A stretch of 64,000 bases of DNA from assembly GCA_018396635.1 (NCBI GenBank), contig JAGTQE010000004.1:3797-67796 (forward strand), read 5' to 3'. Numbering within the stretch: the stretch's first letter is position 1; each line of letters starts with the position of its first letter. Below the pieces are notes generated by a model, which had not been told where the DNA came from, made no database searches, and saw only the letters and a program-made list of their open reading frames with translations. This stretch comes from Candidatus Bathyarchaeota archaeon. GTDB lineage: Archaea > Thermoproteota > Bathyarchaeia > Bathyarchaeales > DTEX01. The position numbers and the translations under genes are program-made. Below are positions 8,910 through 19,150 of the stretch, in pieces.

Positions 8910-9853
8910 TCTTCTCCCTCAACGTCGGCTATACCCTTCTCAGTTATAATGAAGTTGGCCTCCCTCTCCGGCAGATATGGGCTGTCGATTATCTTTGCAA
9001 CCCTAACGTTCTTCGAACCCTTCCTCAAATAGACTCTATGAGTGCAGGCATGCGCCATAATATTTCCGCCAGCAGGCCTATTTGGATCAGTGAAGAACGC
9101 AGCCGGATTCGCTTGAACCTGATTCGTTATAACTACGGCCAAATTATATGCCTCCGCAAGCCTAAGCAATTTGTGTAAGTATTGATTTAGCTTCTGCTGT
9201 CTCTCCGAGAGGGTTTCCCGCCCGATATATTCGCCTCTAAAGTGGCTTATCATGCTATCGACGACGACAAGCTTAACGTTATTTTCCGGGCACAGCGTAA
9301 AAAGCCTATCTATTAGCAGGCATTGGTGGCTGCTATTATAGGCTCTGGCAACAAAAATATTGTTTGCAACCTCGTTCGGGTTTAAGCCTAGACCTGAGGC
9401 TATTTGATATATCCGCTCAGGCATAAATGTCCCCTCAGTATCTATAAATGCAACTTTACCCTCCAACCCACCCCTATCGTAGGGTAGCTGGGCTGTAACC
9501 GAAAGCATTAAGCACAGCTGGGTCTTTCCAGAACCATACTCGCCTATGAGCTCGGTTATCGCTTGAGTCTCTATCCCGCCTCCAAGTATTTCATCAAGCT
9601 TCTTACTTCCAGTTGTGCAACGCCTCATACTTTTTCTGTGCTCATAATATTCCCGCGCAGTCTTAAAGTCTGCTGAGAGCATTTTCCTCGCAGACTCTTG
9701 AATTTTAAGTACTGTTCCCAAGCCTATTCCAGTCCTCTCAACTATCTCCATTGGCGGAGTGACGGCTACAGCCTCTATCGTAGTGTAGCCTGCAGCCCTC
9801 AGCTTAGAAGCTATTGATGGACCAACACCATCTAGAGATTCTAAATCCTCCAT
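8906..9853 (-). CDS. radA: DNA repair and recombination protein RadA
   Basis: N-terminal HhH ([15 protein letters not shown]), Walker [10 protein letters not shown], Walker B KLVVVDS, and the RecA/Rad51 core. ATG 9853 (MEDLESL...) overlaps the stop of the upstream small ORF. ATG 9868 is an alternative start. Confidence 0.93.
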   Translation of the reverse strand: MEDLESLDGVGPSIASKLRAAGYTTIEAVAVTPPMEIVERTGIGLGTVLKIQESARKMLSADFKTAREYYEHRKSMRRCTTGSKKLDEILGGGIETQAITELIGEYGSGKTQLCLMLSVTAQLPYDRGGLEGKVAFIDTEGTFMPERIYQIASGLGLNPNEVANNIFVARAYNSSHQCLLIDRLFTLCPENNVKLVVVDSMISHFRGEYIGRETLSERQQKLNQYLHKLLRLAEAYNLAVVITNQVQANPAAFFTDPNRPAGGNIMAHACTHRVYLRKGSKNVRVAKIIDSPYLPEREANFIITEKGIADVEGED

Positions 9854-10056
9854 CAATACGCCTCCCACACGATATCACTTTTCGAGATCTTTTTCCAACA
9901 CTTCCAGCATAAAGGGATTCTTCTCCCCTTATACATAATATATATGGCTATGTTAGTATTTTTACAATTTTTATCCCATGGATTTAGACATTGCTCCACA
10001 TTTACTTTGCTCAGGTTATCCTTAATTTTAGTTTGAGTATTACTTCTTCTCTCCAT
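9853..10056 (-). CDS. Small hypothetical protein with a possible zinc ribbon (Cx7C...CxxC)
   Basis: 67 aa. Cysteines are arranged CLNPWDKNC ... CWKC. Its TGA shares the A with the radA ATG at 9853 (TGATG), which suggests translational coupling. It is AT-rich and I recognise no homology. Confidence 0.35.
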   Translation of the reverse strand: MERRSNTQTKIKDNLSKVNVEQCLNPWDKNCKNTNIAIYIMYKGRRIPLCWKCWKKISKSDIVWEAY

Positions 10057-10110
10057 TTACATAACCATAGTATTCTCATGCCCAGAGTTATTTAAGGAGT
10101 CTGTGAAATA

Positions 10111-10437
10111 TTAGGTGGGGGGAGGGGGTATAGCCTTTAATCGCCTCCTAAGGGTTGAGAGGAAATCTAGAAACGCTTTAACAGTCTCATTCTCAAGGTT
10201 TATCTGATATGTTTTCGGCTTAAACTCGTTCTCCTTAACCCAACCTAACTCCACCAAGGTTCTAAGCCGCCTATCAACCGACGGGGTTCTGAGACCCGTA
10301 TACTTAGCGAGGGCATACTTAGTGAAGGCTTTATCTGGATTTAGCGCTAAGTGAATCAATATTTTAAGTCTCTTCCCTCCGCCTAAACCCAGCTCAAGCT
10401 CTTCCCATATATTTTCAATCTTCTTTTCCACCCTCAC
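10111..10437 (-). CDS. Winged-helix DNA-binding protein (ArsR/MarR-like)
   Basis: 108 aa. KRLKILIHLALNPDKAFTKYALAKYTGLRTPSVDRRLRTLVELGWVKE has the helix-turn-helix-wing pattern. Confidence 0.6.
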   Translation of the reverse strand: MRVEKKIENIWEELELGLGGGKRLKILIHLALNPDKAFTKYALAKYTGLRTPSVDRRLRTLVELGWVKENEFKPKTYQINLENETVKAFLDFLSTLRRRLKAIPPPPT

Positions 10438-10450
10438 ATCCCAATACCTC

Positions 10451-11617
10451 TCAAGATTCTAGCTGCCTTAATAGGTTATCTAGGAATCTTTCCAGGTCCA
10501 CTAATGTCGCACCGGATATGCCGATCTCCATTAACGACTTCATGTCTATTATCCCCCGATAGATCAAGTCTTGGACATGCTCCTCAAAATTCTCAACAGG
10601 CTTCACATCATACTCCTCACAAACAATACCGTAAAATCTCCGTAGATCCCTTAAGCTTATATACGCGGACTTATTCGCCTTCAGCCCTCTAACGAGGGCT
10701 AAAAGTATTAATCTGCCATTCTTATCGAGGCTCATTATATCCTCAGTAGTTATAGTTGGATTTATCTCGCTGTAGACTCTGCGAACATGCTCAGGTAGGA
10801 CTCTACTTGAGCCGAGGTTTTCAGCAAGTACTCCAGAATAATAAAGGATCTCAAGCCCAATCCTCGCATCACCGTTAACTGGAGGATTAGCCGTTATATC
10901 ACTTATCAGGTCAAGCGTCTCATCTAAAACAACACCCGGCTGAAAAGCCTCCTCAACCCTATCCTCAAGTATATCTCTAATCTGCCCGCTCGTGTATCTT
11001 GGAAACTCTATTATACCTATGCCAAGAGTCGACTTCTCGCCAGGCTCAAGAAGATCATGCCATTTAAGCGACCTAGCAATAAAAATCTCCCCGATTACAG
11101 GTATAGGCTCTCCAGGATAAATTTCCGGCATGCGTGTTAAATCGTATATGACGCGCTCCCTAGGGTTCATTTGAACAAAGTAGTCGATTTCATCAAAAGT
11201 TATTATTAGGAAGGTCTCCTCAAACCTTAAGTAGTCGATGAGCTGCCTAATCATCTCTTCTGGGCTCAAGCTCTTTGTCGATATCTTCTGCGTTACCTTC
11301 CTAACAAGGTTGCTGAAGAGAACATAGCGTGTCGCCCCGTCAACCTTACAGTTCATGTAAATGTGTTTGAGGTTAATGCCTTCCCTACGCGCCATGTCAA
11401 CGATAATTTCACCAAACTTTAGTGCTGTGCAAGTCTTTCCAGTCCCAGCCGCCCCAACTATCTGGATAAAGCGTGGGTAGGCGCTCCAAATATTCTTTAA
11501 CATATCGCCGTAGATTGAGAGAAGCATGTTTATCTGCTTCTCTCTATGTGGGAGGCGTTTCGGAACATAGTAGGGCGACAGCTTATTCTTATCCTTAAAT
11601 ATATGCGATTTAAACAA
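10451..11617 (-). CDS. cdc6: Orc1/Cdc6 replication initiator (AAA+ plus C-terminal winged helix)
   Basis: N-terminus ...LSPYYVPKRLPHREKQI, Walker A GAAGTGKT, Walker B ITFDEID, and a C-terminal wH domain. Confidence 0.92.
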   Translation of the reverse strand: MFKSHIFKDKNKLSPYYVPKRLPHREKQINMLLSIYGDMLKNIWSAYPRFIQIVGAAGTGKTCTALKFGEIIVDMARREGINLKHIYMNCKVDGATRYVLFSNLVRKVTQKISTKSLSPEEMIRQLIDYLRFEETFLIITFDEIDYFVQMNPRERVIYDLTRMPEIYPGEPIPVIGEIFIARSLKWHDLLEPGEKSTLGIGIIEFPRYTSGQIRDILEDRVEEAFQPGVVLDETLDLISDITANPPVNGDARIGLEILYYSGVLAENLGSSRVLPEHVRRVYSEINPTITTEDIMSLDKNGRLILLALVRGLKANKSAYISLRDLRRFYGIVCEEYDVKPVENFEEHVQDLIYRGIIDMKSLMEIGISGATLVDLERFLDNLLRQLES

Positions 11618-11675
11618 ACCTCAACCCAAGACTATAATTTAAAAAGGGAGAATATAAGTGATATATGCAGTCTAG

Positions 11676-12410
11676 CTATAGGGGTTCAAGCGGCTTCACA
11701 TTTCCCATGACGGGTTTAGGTCTCCTAACCGGAGCACACCATCTGACGGCATTACCTATAACCCTTAACACGTCGGGATTATAGTAGGTTGGGTAAGTTT
11801 CATGGCCCGGTCTGAAGTAAAATATTTTCCCCGCCCCCCTGTAAAAACAGCATCCGCTGCGAAATACTTCGCCGCCCTTAAACCAGCTTATGAATACCAG
11901 TTCATCTGGAGGCGGTATATCGAACGGCTCACCGTACATTTCTTCATGCTCAATCTCAAAATAATCTCCTAGACCCTCCGCTATAGGATGCCATCTTGCG
12001 ACAACCCATATTCTCTCCTTCTCACCAGCCTCCCTCCATTTAAGGTTGCATGAAGTTCCAAGCAGACGTTTGAATATTTTTGAGAAGTGCCCCGAATGTA
12101 AGACTATTAGTCCCATACCGTCCGACGTCACACGATTATATATTCTATTAACGACGACGTCGCTTACCTTATCATGTGCGACATGCCCCCACCATATTAG
12201 TACATCAGTGTTGTTTAGAACTTCTTCTGTTAAGCCGTGCTCGGGCTCGTCGAATGTCGCTGTCCGTACGTTGAAGCCCTGCTCACGTAGATATCTGGCG
12301 ATGACCGCATGAATCCCTTCCGGATATATTTTGGCAACCCTCTCATCCCTTCTCTCGTGAATAAACTCATTCCACACAGTCACATTTATACTGCCGCCCA
12401 TATTGATCAC
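11676..12410 (-). CDS. ThuA-like (trehalose-utilisation) domain protein, class I glutamine-amidotransferase-like fold
   Basis: [13 protein letters not shown]...IYPEGIH...[14 protein letters not shown]...[13 protein letters not shown] matches the ThuA family pattern. Confidence 0.7.
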   Translation of the reverse strand: MINMGGSINVTVWNEFIHERRDERVAKIYPEGIHAVIARYLREQGFNVRTATFDEPEHGLTEEVLNNTDVLIWWGHVAHDKVSDVVVNRIYNRVTSDGMGLIVLHSGHFSKIFKRLLGTSCNLKWREAGEKERIWVVARWHPIAEGLGDYFEIEHEEMYGEPFDIPPPDELVFISWFKGGEVFRSGCCFYRGAGKIFYFRPGHETYPTYYNPDVLRVIGNAVRWCAPVRRPKPVMGNVKPLEPL

Positions 12411-12536
12411 ATTGTAAAATTTAGGATCTCAACAAAAATAAATCTTTGGGAAACGCCAAAATTTATAGCGCTGAGCACTAAGATACTTTTGGCTTAGCAC
12501 TGCTAAGTATTTAGGTTTCGGTTGGGGTGCTGGAGG

Positions 12537-13619
12537 ATGAATGTGAGTGAAAGGGTTAATGCTGTATTAAATGGGAAGATGCCTGATGTAGTTCCAATGC
12601 TAATTTACTCGAATCACCTCCCTAGGGGTGAGTTTGAGCGTAACATGAGAAACATGGGTTTGGGTCTGGATGTTAGATGTAGCGTCTATAGGGTCTATAT
12701 GCCCAACGTCAAAGTCGAGGAAAGAAGAGCGGGCAACTATCTTTACACAACCTATATTACGCCTCGCGGCAAGCTCTCGATGGTCACTAGAGTCAACTTA
12801 AGGTTTCAGCTTCCCGGAGGGAGCTGGATTGTTGAGCATCCGGTTAAAAATCTCGATGATATTGACGCCTTAAAGTTCACTATTAAGGATGCTGTTTACG
12901 AGGCTAATTATGAGGAGTATATTCAGCTCAAGAGGGATTTAGGAGGAGATGGCGTAGTTACGGTAGGTTCAGATTATACGCCGCTTATGAAAATAATCTT
13001 AAGATATATGGGCTTCAGGAACTTTACCATAATGTTTAGGAAGAGGCCAGATGTTATAGATGATCTTATTTCGGTAATTGACGAGAAGTATGCTGAAATG
13101 TATAGGGTTATAGCCGATTCTCCAGCGGAGATCGTGAGAATCGGAGATAATATAGATGGAGTCATGATCTCGCCCAACCTCTTTGAAAAATACTGCCTAC
13201 CGTTCTACAACAAATACTGCAAAATCCTCAAGTCTAAGGGGAAGAAAGCCATATCACATATGGATGGAAGGCTCAGAACCCTCAAAGACCTTATATCTAA
13301 AACTGAGTTAGACGCCATTGAAGCCTTCACGCCACCTCCTGGAGGAGACCTACCGCTTAAAGAGGCTAGAGAAGCTTGGAAGGACAAGATCATATGGATG
13401 AACTTTCCGGAAGCTGTTCTCTTGGAGAGCCCGGGGAGGATAAGAAATTATACAATAAGTCTTTTGAGGGAGGCAGCTCCGGGGGATAGGCTGATAATAA
13501 GCATAACCGAGGATATTCATCCAGACTACCTGAAGACGGGGCTTAAGGCATTAGTGGAGACGGTATATGAGTATGGGAGGCTGCCAATAGAGATTCCAAA
13601 CCAAAAATTTAACAATTAA
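12537..13619 (+). CDS. Uroporphyrinogen-decarboxylase-like (URO-D/MtaA-like TIM barrel) protein
   Basis: ...ISPNLFEKYCLPFYNKYCKILKSKGKKAISHMDG...AIEAFTPPPGGD... is typical of URO-D-like family members. ATG 12537 is preceded by GGAGG. Confidence 0.5.
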   Translation: MNVSERVNAVLNGKMPDVVPMLIYSNHLPRGEFERNMRNMGLGLDVRCSVYRVYMPNVKVEERRAGNYLYTTYITPRGKLSMVTRVNLRFQLPGGSWIVEHPVKNLDDIDALKFTIKDAVYEANYEEYIQLKRDLGGDGVVTVGSDYTPLMKIILRYMGFRNFTIMFRKRPDVIDDLISVIDEKYAEMYRVIADSPAEIVRIGDNIDGVMISPNLFEKYCLPFYNKYCKILKSKGKKAISHMDGRLRTLKDLISKTELDAIEAFTPPPGGDLPLKEAREAWKDKIIWMNFPEAVLLESPGRIRNYTISLLREAAPGDRLIISITEDIHPDYLKTGLKALVETVYEYGRLPIEIPNQKFNN

Positions 13620-13665
13620 GCTTTAACTTTCATGAGACTATTATTTTCATTATGGTGATGGCTAC

Positions 13666-14721
13666 ATGGTTGAGATAATTGATGCCCCCCAAATCACAGA
13701 CAACTTCATTCTAAAGCTCTATAAGAGGATAAAACCGTCAATGTCCTTTAAGGCGACATCGAAAGAGGAATTTGAGGAGTGGAAGGTTAAAGTTAAGAGT
13801 AAGATCCTGGAGCTTTTGGGGGAATTCCCTGAACCTGCCCCGCTAAACCCACGTTTACTCTCATCTGAGGAGACGGAAAAATTTGTGAGGGAGAAGTGGC
13901 TAATTCAGACTGAGGAGGACTGCTATGTCCCGCTTTACCTGCTGATACCGAAAGGTGGTGGGGTAAAGAAGCCGGCGATACTCTGCGCTCATGGGCATGG
14001 ACCATATGGAAAAGACTCGGTTGCCGGGGTTCACTTTAACGATCCAGACAGGAAGGCTGACATCCTAAGACATAATTACAATTATGGGGAGCAGATGGCG
14101 GCAGCAGGGTTCGTGACAATCGTGCCAGATTGGAGGAGCTTTGGAGAGCGGATAGGCTATCGTAACCCGTATCCTGGAAGGGACATATGCAATGTCCATT
14201 TTCTCCAGCATCTGATTTTGGGTAGAACCCTGCTTGGGGCGAATATATTTGACGGTATGCGTGTAATAGACTTCCTCTTAACAAGAGACTATGTTGATTC
14301 TGAAAGAATAGGCTGCATGGGGCTCTCATTTGGGGGCACAATGACCACTTTTCTAGCCCTGCTGGATGATAGAATAAAGGCAGCCGACATAATATGCTAT
14401 GCGACGATAGTTGAGCATTACGCCATTCATAGGCCTAATTTCTGCGGCTCTCAAATAGTACCCTACTTATATAAGTATATGGATGTGCCTGACGTGATAG
14501 CGGCGATAGCGCCTAAACCACTACTAATAGAGAGCGGAGCATCAGACACCTGCTTCTGGATACATTCGGCGCTAAAAGCTCACGAAACTATTAAAAGGGC
14601 TTATGAGGTTAGCGGGCACCCTGAAAACCTCTGGATAGAGGTTTTTCCAGGCGAGCATAGCTTTTCTGGGCGAAGGGCTTTTGACTTCTTTAAAAAATTC
14701 TTAGTGGAGAGAAACATGTAA
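13666..14721 (+). CDS. Alpha/beta-hydrolase (putative carbohydrate/acetyl esterase)
   Basis: Nucleophile elbow GLSFGG (GxSxG) and ...ILCAHGHGPYGKD.... The C-terminal ...FPGEHSF may carry the catalytic His. Confidence 0.6.
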   Translation: MVEIIDAPQITDNFILKLYKRIKPSMSFKATSKEEFEEWKVKVKSKILELLGEFPEPAPLNPRLLSSEETEKFVREKWLIQTEEDCYVPLYLLIPKGGGVKKPAILCAHGHGPYGKDSVAGVHFNDPDRKADILRHNYNYGEQMAAAGFVTIVPDWRSFGERIGYRNPYPGRDICNVHFLQHLILGRTLLGANIFDGMRVIDFLLTRDYVDSERIGCMGLSFGGTMTTFLALLDDRIKAADIICYATIVEHYAIHRPNFCGSQIVPYLYKYMDVPDVIAAIAPKPLLIESGASDTCFWIHSALKAHETIKRAYEVSGHPENLWIEVFPGEHSFSGRRAFDFFKKFLVERNM

Positions 14722-14735
14722 AGTGTGGTCTCACT

Positions 14736-14948
14736 TTAGGTTATCTCGGCGATAATCATTAATAGCCCAAGAATAATTAGCACTACGCTGATAACCATGA
14801 AAAATATGCCAGCCCCCTCCAAGTAACCCATATTTATGTTTGTCTGATGCGCCAGTATTATGCCCACTATCAACAGTGCTAAGCCTGAGATTTTCTCCAT
14901 AAATACTAGGCTTAGAGAACTCTCTCTTCTTTCCTTGCTCAATATCAT
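14736..14948 (-). CDS. Small membrane protein (two predicted TM helices)
   Basis: 70 aa with two hydrophobic stretches (GLALLIVGIILA, IFFMVISVVLIILGLLMII). I recognise no family. Confidence 0.4.
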   Translation of the reverse strand: MILSKERRESSLSLVFMEKISGLALLIVGIILAHQTNINMGYLEGAGIFFMVISVVLIILGLLMIIAEIT

Positions 14949-14966
14949 CCCTCCAAAGTAGGTATC

Positions 14967-16055
14967 TTATTCCCCAAGATCTTTTAACCTCTGCGGCAAA
15001 TACTTGTCCACAATATGTGTTAACCCATACCTTGAGAATGCTTCCAGCTCACACTTCTTCTGAATTCTCATAAAGGTGTTTATCTCCCTCTGCCATGGCT
15101 CCCCCTTATATCTTGGGTCACGTAGAAGTTCATGTAGGCGCTTAACATCTATGTCCTCGAGCTTATCGCTGGGCAGCTTATAGCTCACTATATCAGATGC
15201 CCAAACTCCAGCCCACTTGGCGTCTGGCGTAGTCAATTCTTTAACGTGGGCTGCATTTGCCGAGCCTGAAATAATCACCATGGCGATATGCATACCCCAT
15301 GGATCGGCATCAGTAAACACGTAGACTGGTAAGCCCAGCTCCTGATTCAACCTACGGATAAAGTATCTTGTTGAGCGTGGAGCTTGGCCGCCCAGAAAGA
15401 CTAGGATGGCTTTAAATCTCTCATGAACCCTCTCCTCAATAAACCTCGTGAATAAGCCGCCCTTCTCAATAGCTATAACCTTATCGGCATTCGTCTCTAT
15501 GAATTCCGCTGAGGTCAATGCTGGGCCAATCATGACGCCGTCTGGGTGTGATGTTAAGTTTAGGCGCTTCCCCTCATAATTTGGTATAGTATATTCTATT
15601 GTTAGGTCTCCGAAGACAGCCGACCTCTCTTCAGGGAAAACGTTGAAGTCTTCCCTTGTACATCCAAGTATCGTTTCCAGGTCGGTTATTATGTCATCGG
15701 ATTCATCTTGATTTTTGAATGGTATATCATATGCTTGGGCTGAGTAAAAGACATCTCTTAGCGTTGAAGTTTTTTGGCTCGCTGTCAGTTCATGAACGAA
15801 ATATGCCATCCAAACCAGCTGCGCAATGGGTCTTAAATGCCTAATGTTGCTGGCGCTTCTCCTAATCTTCTTGTCTCCCAAAGTATATTGTCTGAGTTCT
15901 GGACTGTAATATATGTTATCTATAGACCTACTGGGCATAATTATATCTGGCAAAATTCCCCTCTCAAGCTGATCATATAAATCATATCCAAACTTTTCAA
16001 GCTTGGCGAGAACCTCTCTCCTCTTCTCTTTGGCTGTAAGGCTAACTCTCCTCAA
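14967..16055 (-). CDS. top6A: DNA topoisomerase VI subunit A (Spo11-like)
   Basis: 362 aa. Toprim region ...VIAIEKGGLF...ILVFLGGQAPRSTR...VYVFTDADPWGMHI. It overlaps top6B by 14 nt. Confidence 0.93.
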   Translation of the reverse strand: MRRVSLTAKEKRREVLAKLEKFGYDLYDQLERGILPDIIMPSRSIDNIYYSPELRQYTLGDKKIRRSASNIRHLRPIAQLVWMAYFVHELTASQKTSTLRDVFYSAQAYDIPFKNQDESDDIITDLETILGCTREDFNVFPEERSAVFGDLTIEYTIPNYEGKRLNLTSHPDGVMIGPALTSAEFIETNADKVIAIEKGGLFTRFIEERVHERFKAILVFLGGQAPRSTRYFIRRLNQELGLPVYVFTDADPWGMHIAMVIISGSANAAHVKELTTPDAKWAGVWASDIVSYKLPSDKLEDIDVKRLHELLRDPRYKGEPWQREINTFMRIQKKCELEAFSRYGLTHIVDKYLPQRLKDLGE

Positions 16056-17568
16056 ACCTTCTAGCCCTCCTCAAAAGATCCTCTATATTAGGTATTTTCT
16101 CCTTACCGGCCAGTTTCGCCGAAAACTCTGCTATTTTAGGAAGATACTTCACGAAGAATGAGATGCGAGCCTTCTCACGCTTAATCCTCTCTTTCCTTGA
16201 CAAATAGGTCCCAAGCTTACGCGCAACCTCCCTAACGCCATTCAAAATCTCTCTACTAACCTCTGGTCTATCGGCGATCATCTCCTTGCCGACGGTTTTC
16301 CAAGGGATCTTAGTGCTACATATATGGATTAGGATTGCAACCGGCATCCCAGGCATTAATCCATACTTCCTCCAGTTAATTGACTTAATAATTCTCCAGC
16401 ATACATCGCCCGATTCATCGTAGACTAGAGGTATTTTATTTGCAAACCTATATAATAGCACATCCTCCGCAGGCGGAACCTTTCCACCATAGGCTATTCC
16501 AACCTCAACGATAAATGGGTGTCCTGAGTACGCTGACGGCTTACGCTGGGTAACCGCCACAAACTCCGGTTCAAGCTCCTTTAATATTCCAGCCCTAAGA
16601 ATCTCTTCGCCTAGAGGAGATAGGCAGCTGGCGTCAGGCGGAAAAAAGCCATTAAAATTCTTCATTGCCTGAACAAGCTTAACTACTTCTTCCGGCTTGA
16701 GCTTTTTAGGGTCGGCGTCTTCGGGGAAACCGGCAAAATCTAGGAAGCGTTTGGCTGTATGTCTGCCAACTCTATGGAAGTGCTCCTGCATAAAGTCGAG
16801 TAAAGTTTTGCATCGTGTTACGCGTATGATGCGGGATAACGTCTCAACATCTACTCCATGAGGGTGGGGAAGAGTCTCTTTTGGTGGAGGAGGTAGATTC
16901 GAGACAGCTCTCTCAAACTTATATAGCCGCCCTCTCGGGTCTACAAATGTAATGTTGGCGTACGGGTTTGCAATGGCAGTTTGCTTTAAATACTCAAGAA
17001 CCTTCGGCATAGCCTTAGCATAGTCGCCCTCAAGGCTTAACTCAACTATTGTCCCATGCCACCGCGCATCATTCTCATATATTTTCCTGTCTAAAATTAT
17101 TGGGCGGTTCCGCTCAATATCTATCATGAGGGTGTACTCGTATATTTTTTGGGATCCCGTACTTGAGATTACTTTTACAGGCTTATTCGTCGTTATCTGC
17201 CCATAAAGGATCGCCATAGTTCCACCTAAACCGAATGTCCCCCTAGACTGCTTCAACCTATATTTTGAGCTAAATAGGAACTGGCAGAAGGCTAGCGGTA
17301 TGTAGTCGGCTGGTATACCCGACCCGTTATCTCTAACCCTTAATACGTAGATTTTTTCGCCCTCTTCGCCCTCATTATTGGATGAAAGCCGTATATAGAT
17401 ATCTGGCAGAATACCTAGAGGCTCGGTTGCATCAAAAGAGTTCTCCACAAGTTCCCTTATAGCTGAAAATATGGCCCTAGCAGGGTTTGCAAATCCCGCT
17501 ATCTCCCTATTCCTATAGAAGAAGTCGGCTGGGCTTATCTCCTGGAATACTTGGCTTATTATCTCCAC
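16042..17568 (-). CDS. top6B: DNA topoisomerase VI subunit B (GHKL ATPase)
   Basis: Bergerat-fold motifs ELVENSFDA, DNGSGI and GTFGLGG, plus a transducer domain. 508 aa. Confidence 0.93.
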   Translation of the reverse strand: MEIISQVFQEISPADFFYRNREIAGFANPARAIFSAIRELVENSFDATEPLGILPDIYIRLSSNNEGEEGEKIYVLRVRDNGSGIPADYIPLAFCQFLFSSKYRLKQSRGTFGLGGTMAILYGQITTNKPVKVISSTGSQKIYEYTLMIDIERNRPIILDRKIYENDARWHGTIVELSLEGDYAKAMPKVLEYLKQTAIANPYANITFVDPRGRLYKFERAVSNLPPPPKETLPHPHGVDVETLSRIIRVTRCKTLLDFMQEHFHRVGRHTAKRFLDFAGFPEDADPKKLKPEEVVKLVQAMKNFNGFFPPDASCLSPLGEEILRAGILKELEPEFVAVTQRKPSAYSGHPFIVEVGIAYGGKVPPAEDVLLYRFANKIPLVYDESGDVCWRIIKSINWRKYGLMPGMPVAILIHICSTKIPWKTVGKEMIADRPEVSREILNGVREVARKLGTYLSRKERIKREKARISFFVKYLPKIAEFSAKLAGKEKIPNIEDLLRRARRFEES

Positions 17569-17620
17569 ACCCCTTATCTAAAAGGTGATGACTAAACCAT
17601 GATATTAGTTTTTATTATGC

Positions 17621-18205
17621 TCATCTAGATTCTGGTAATAGCGTCCCACCCTCCCAAAGTTCAAGTCTCCTCCTCTTAAGCTCCTGCTTCTTCCTCTGTA
17701 GGAATCTGTAGACTGTTGAATGTTGGCTGCCGTCTATTAGCATATTTATTGCTTCCCGAGCTACATTGACCTGCTCAACGTCGCCTATTATCGCAACGGT
17801 GTGTCCGTAAACAGATACCGAGGCGCCGCTAAGCTCTTCAATCATCTCCCTCGCCTTACCATCCCTTCCAATTATCCTACCTTTAATTCTTCTAATCTCA
17901 GACTCAGATTTACCAAGAATCTCTCTTAAGTCAATTATGTCAAGCATGCAATCCTCGCTTTCCAGAAGCTTGAACGCTCTCTCAGGGGAAAACCCTCTCC
18001 CTATCGCTAAAACAACATCCTTAGCCCTGAATAGTAATGATGGATCTTCAGCATCCTCTCTTAAGGTGATAGTTACGTCTCCGCTCTCACTATCAATATC
18101 AAGTTTAACTGGCAGCTTCTTCTGTATGTAATCCTTAACGCTGCCGTTTTGACCTATCAGCACACCAATTCTTTCCCTAGGTATCTTAACGAACAGCTGC
18201 TTCAT
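17621..18205 (-). CDS. KH-domain RNA-binding protein (Dim2/Pno1-like)
   Basis: Two KH motifs (IGVLIGQNGSVK and KGRIIGRDGKAREMIE). ATG 18205 (MKQLFVKIP...) is preferred over the track start 18250, which lies inside rio1. Confidence 0.8.
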   Translation of the reverse strand: MKQLFVKIPRERIGVLIGQNGSVKDYIQKKLPVKLDIDSESGDVTITLREDAEDPSLLFRAKDVVLAIGRGFSPERAFKLLESEDCMLDIIDLREILGKSESEIRRIKGRIIGRDGKAREMIEELSGASVSVYGHTVAIIGDVEQVNVAREAINMLIDGSQHSTVYRFLQRKKQELKRRRLELWEGGTLLPESR

Positions 18206-18992
18206 GCTCCCCAGCCACCATCCTATATAGATCCCCAATATCAACAACATTTACTCCGATCTTAGAGAAAAATCTATTTATATTCTCTAAATCTCTCATG
18301 AGAAATTGCTCTGAGCTTGGATGCTCAATTGGAACTGCTTGTGAAAAATCAAACAGAACTGGTCTACCCCTCCAAACCATAACATTATATTCACTTAAAT
18401 CCCCATGCACTAAACCAGCACCCCTATAAAGTCTCTTAACATGTAAGATAATCAGATGGTACATCCTCTCCGGATTCTTAAGTTCAACCTCCTTCAGGAG
18501 CGGTGCGCTCACGCCATTCCTGCCTATAAACTCCATGATTAAAACGTTATTCTTTATGGCTATGGGCCGTGGAACCCTAACCTTGGCATCATACGCTAAG
18601 CTCAAATTTTTGTATTCTTTCTGAGCCCATAAGAAGACTAGGCTCCTCAAATTCTTTCTAACGTTCTTGAATCTTGGATCCCCAATAATATATGGGAGCC
18701 TACCCTTCCTAAATTCCGCTGAAACTGTCAGAAATATTTTTATCGCTATCTCCTCATTGTTTGGGCCTATACCCCAATATATCCGCGACTCCTTCCCCGA
18801 ATTCACAACGCCATAAATCTCCTTTATTACGCCGTCATTCATGAAGTCATATATTGTCATGAGGGTTGATTTATCGAAAACCTCTTCAAGAACCTCATAT
18901 TCTTCACTTCTTTTCTCCTTCATCAGCTGCTCAGTCTCGTAGGTCTTCTCTTCACGCTCAAGCTTTTTCCTCAGCCTATCCTTTAGCGACAT
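18186..18992 (-). CDS. rio1: RIO-type serine/threonine protein kinase (Rio1)
   Basis: GVVNSGKESRIY (the flexible-loop STGKEA equivalent), ...LVHGDLSEYNVM... catalytic loop, and ...FDFSQAV. 268 aa. Confidence 0.88.
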   Translation of the reverse strand: MSLKDRLRKKLEREEKTYETEQLMKEKRSEEYEVLEEVFDKSTLMTIYDFMNDGVIKEIYGVVNSGKESRIYWGIGPNNEEIAIKIFLTVSAEFRKGRLPYIIGDPRFKNVRKNLRSLVFLWAQKEYKNLSLAYDAKVRVPRPIAIKNNVLIMEFIGRNGVSAPLLKEVELKNPERMYHLIILHVKRLYRGAGLVHGDLSEYNVMVWRGRPVLFDFSQAVPIEHPSSEQFLMRDLENINRFFSKIGVNVVDIGDLYRMVAGEHEAAVR

Positions 18993-19150
18993 ATATTAGC
19001 CTCCGCACTAAGCGAATAGCCAAGCTCCTGTAACTCTCCCATAGGCAACATCCTTTCTTAGATGAACTACCAATACTATTGAGGAAGATGCTTAAATAGT
19101 ATTTTAATGGTTATTCGCCATGAGAGCTAAACAAAACATTTTTCTTTACC

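Noticed and set aside
9870-11675. Replication origin (ORB repeats / AT-rich unwinding element) next to orc1/cdc6
   Set aside because: The spacer upstream of cdc6 is only 58 bp (11618-11675). The AT-rich stretch at 9930-10110 shows only two weak CTCCA(CA)TTTAC repeats and no convincing inverted ORB pairs. The origin is probably elsewhere.
17585-17591. GTGATGA (C-box-like) in the top6B / KH-protein spacer, and a GATGAT string at 33351-33357
   Set aside because: There is no matching D box (CTGA) or C'/D' arrangement within 50-70 nt on either strand, so these are not C/D sRNAs.
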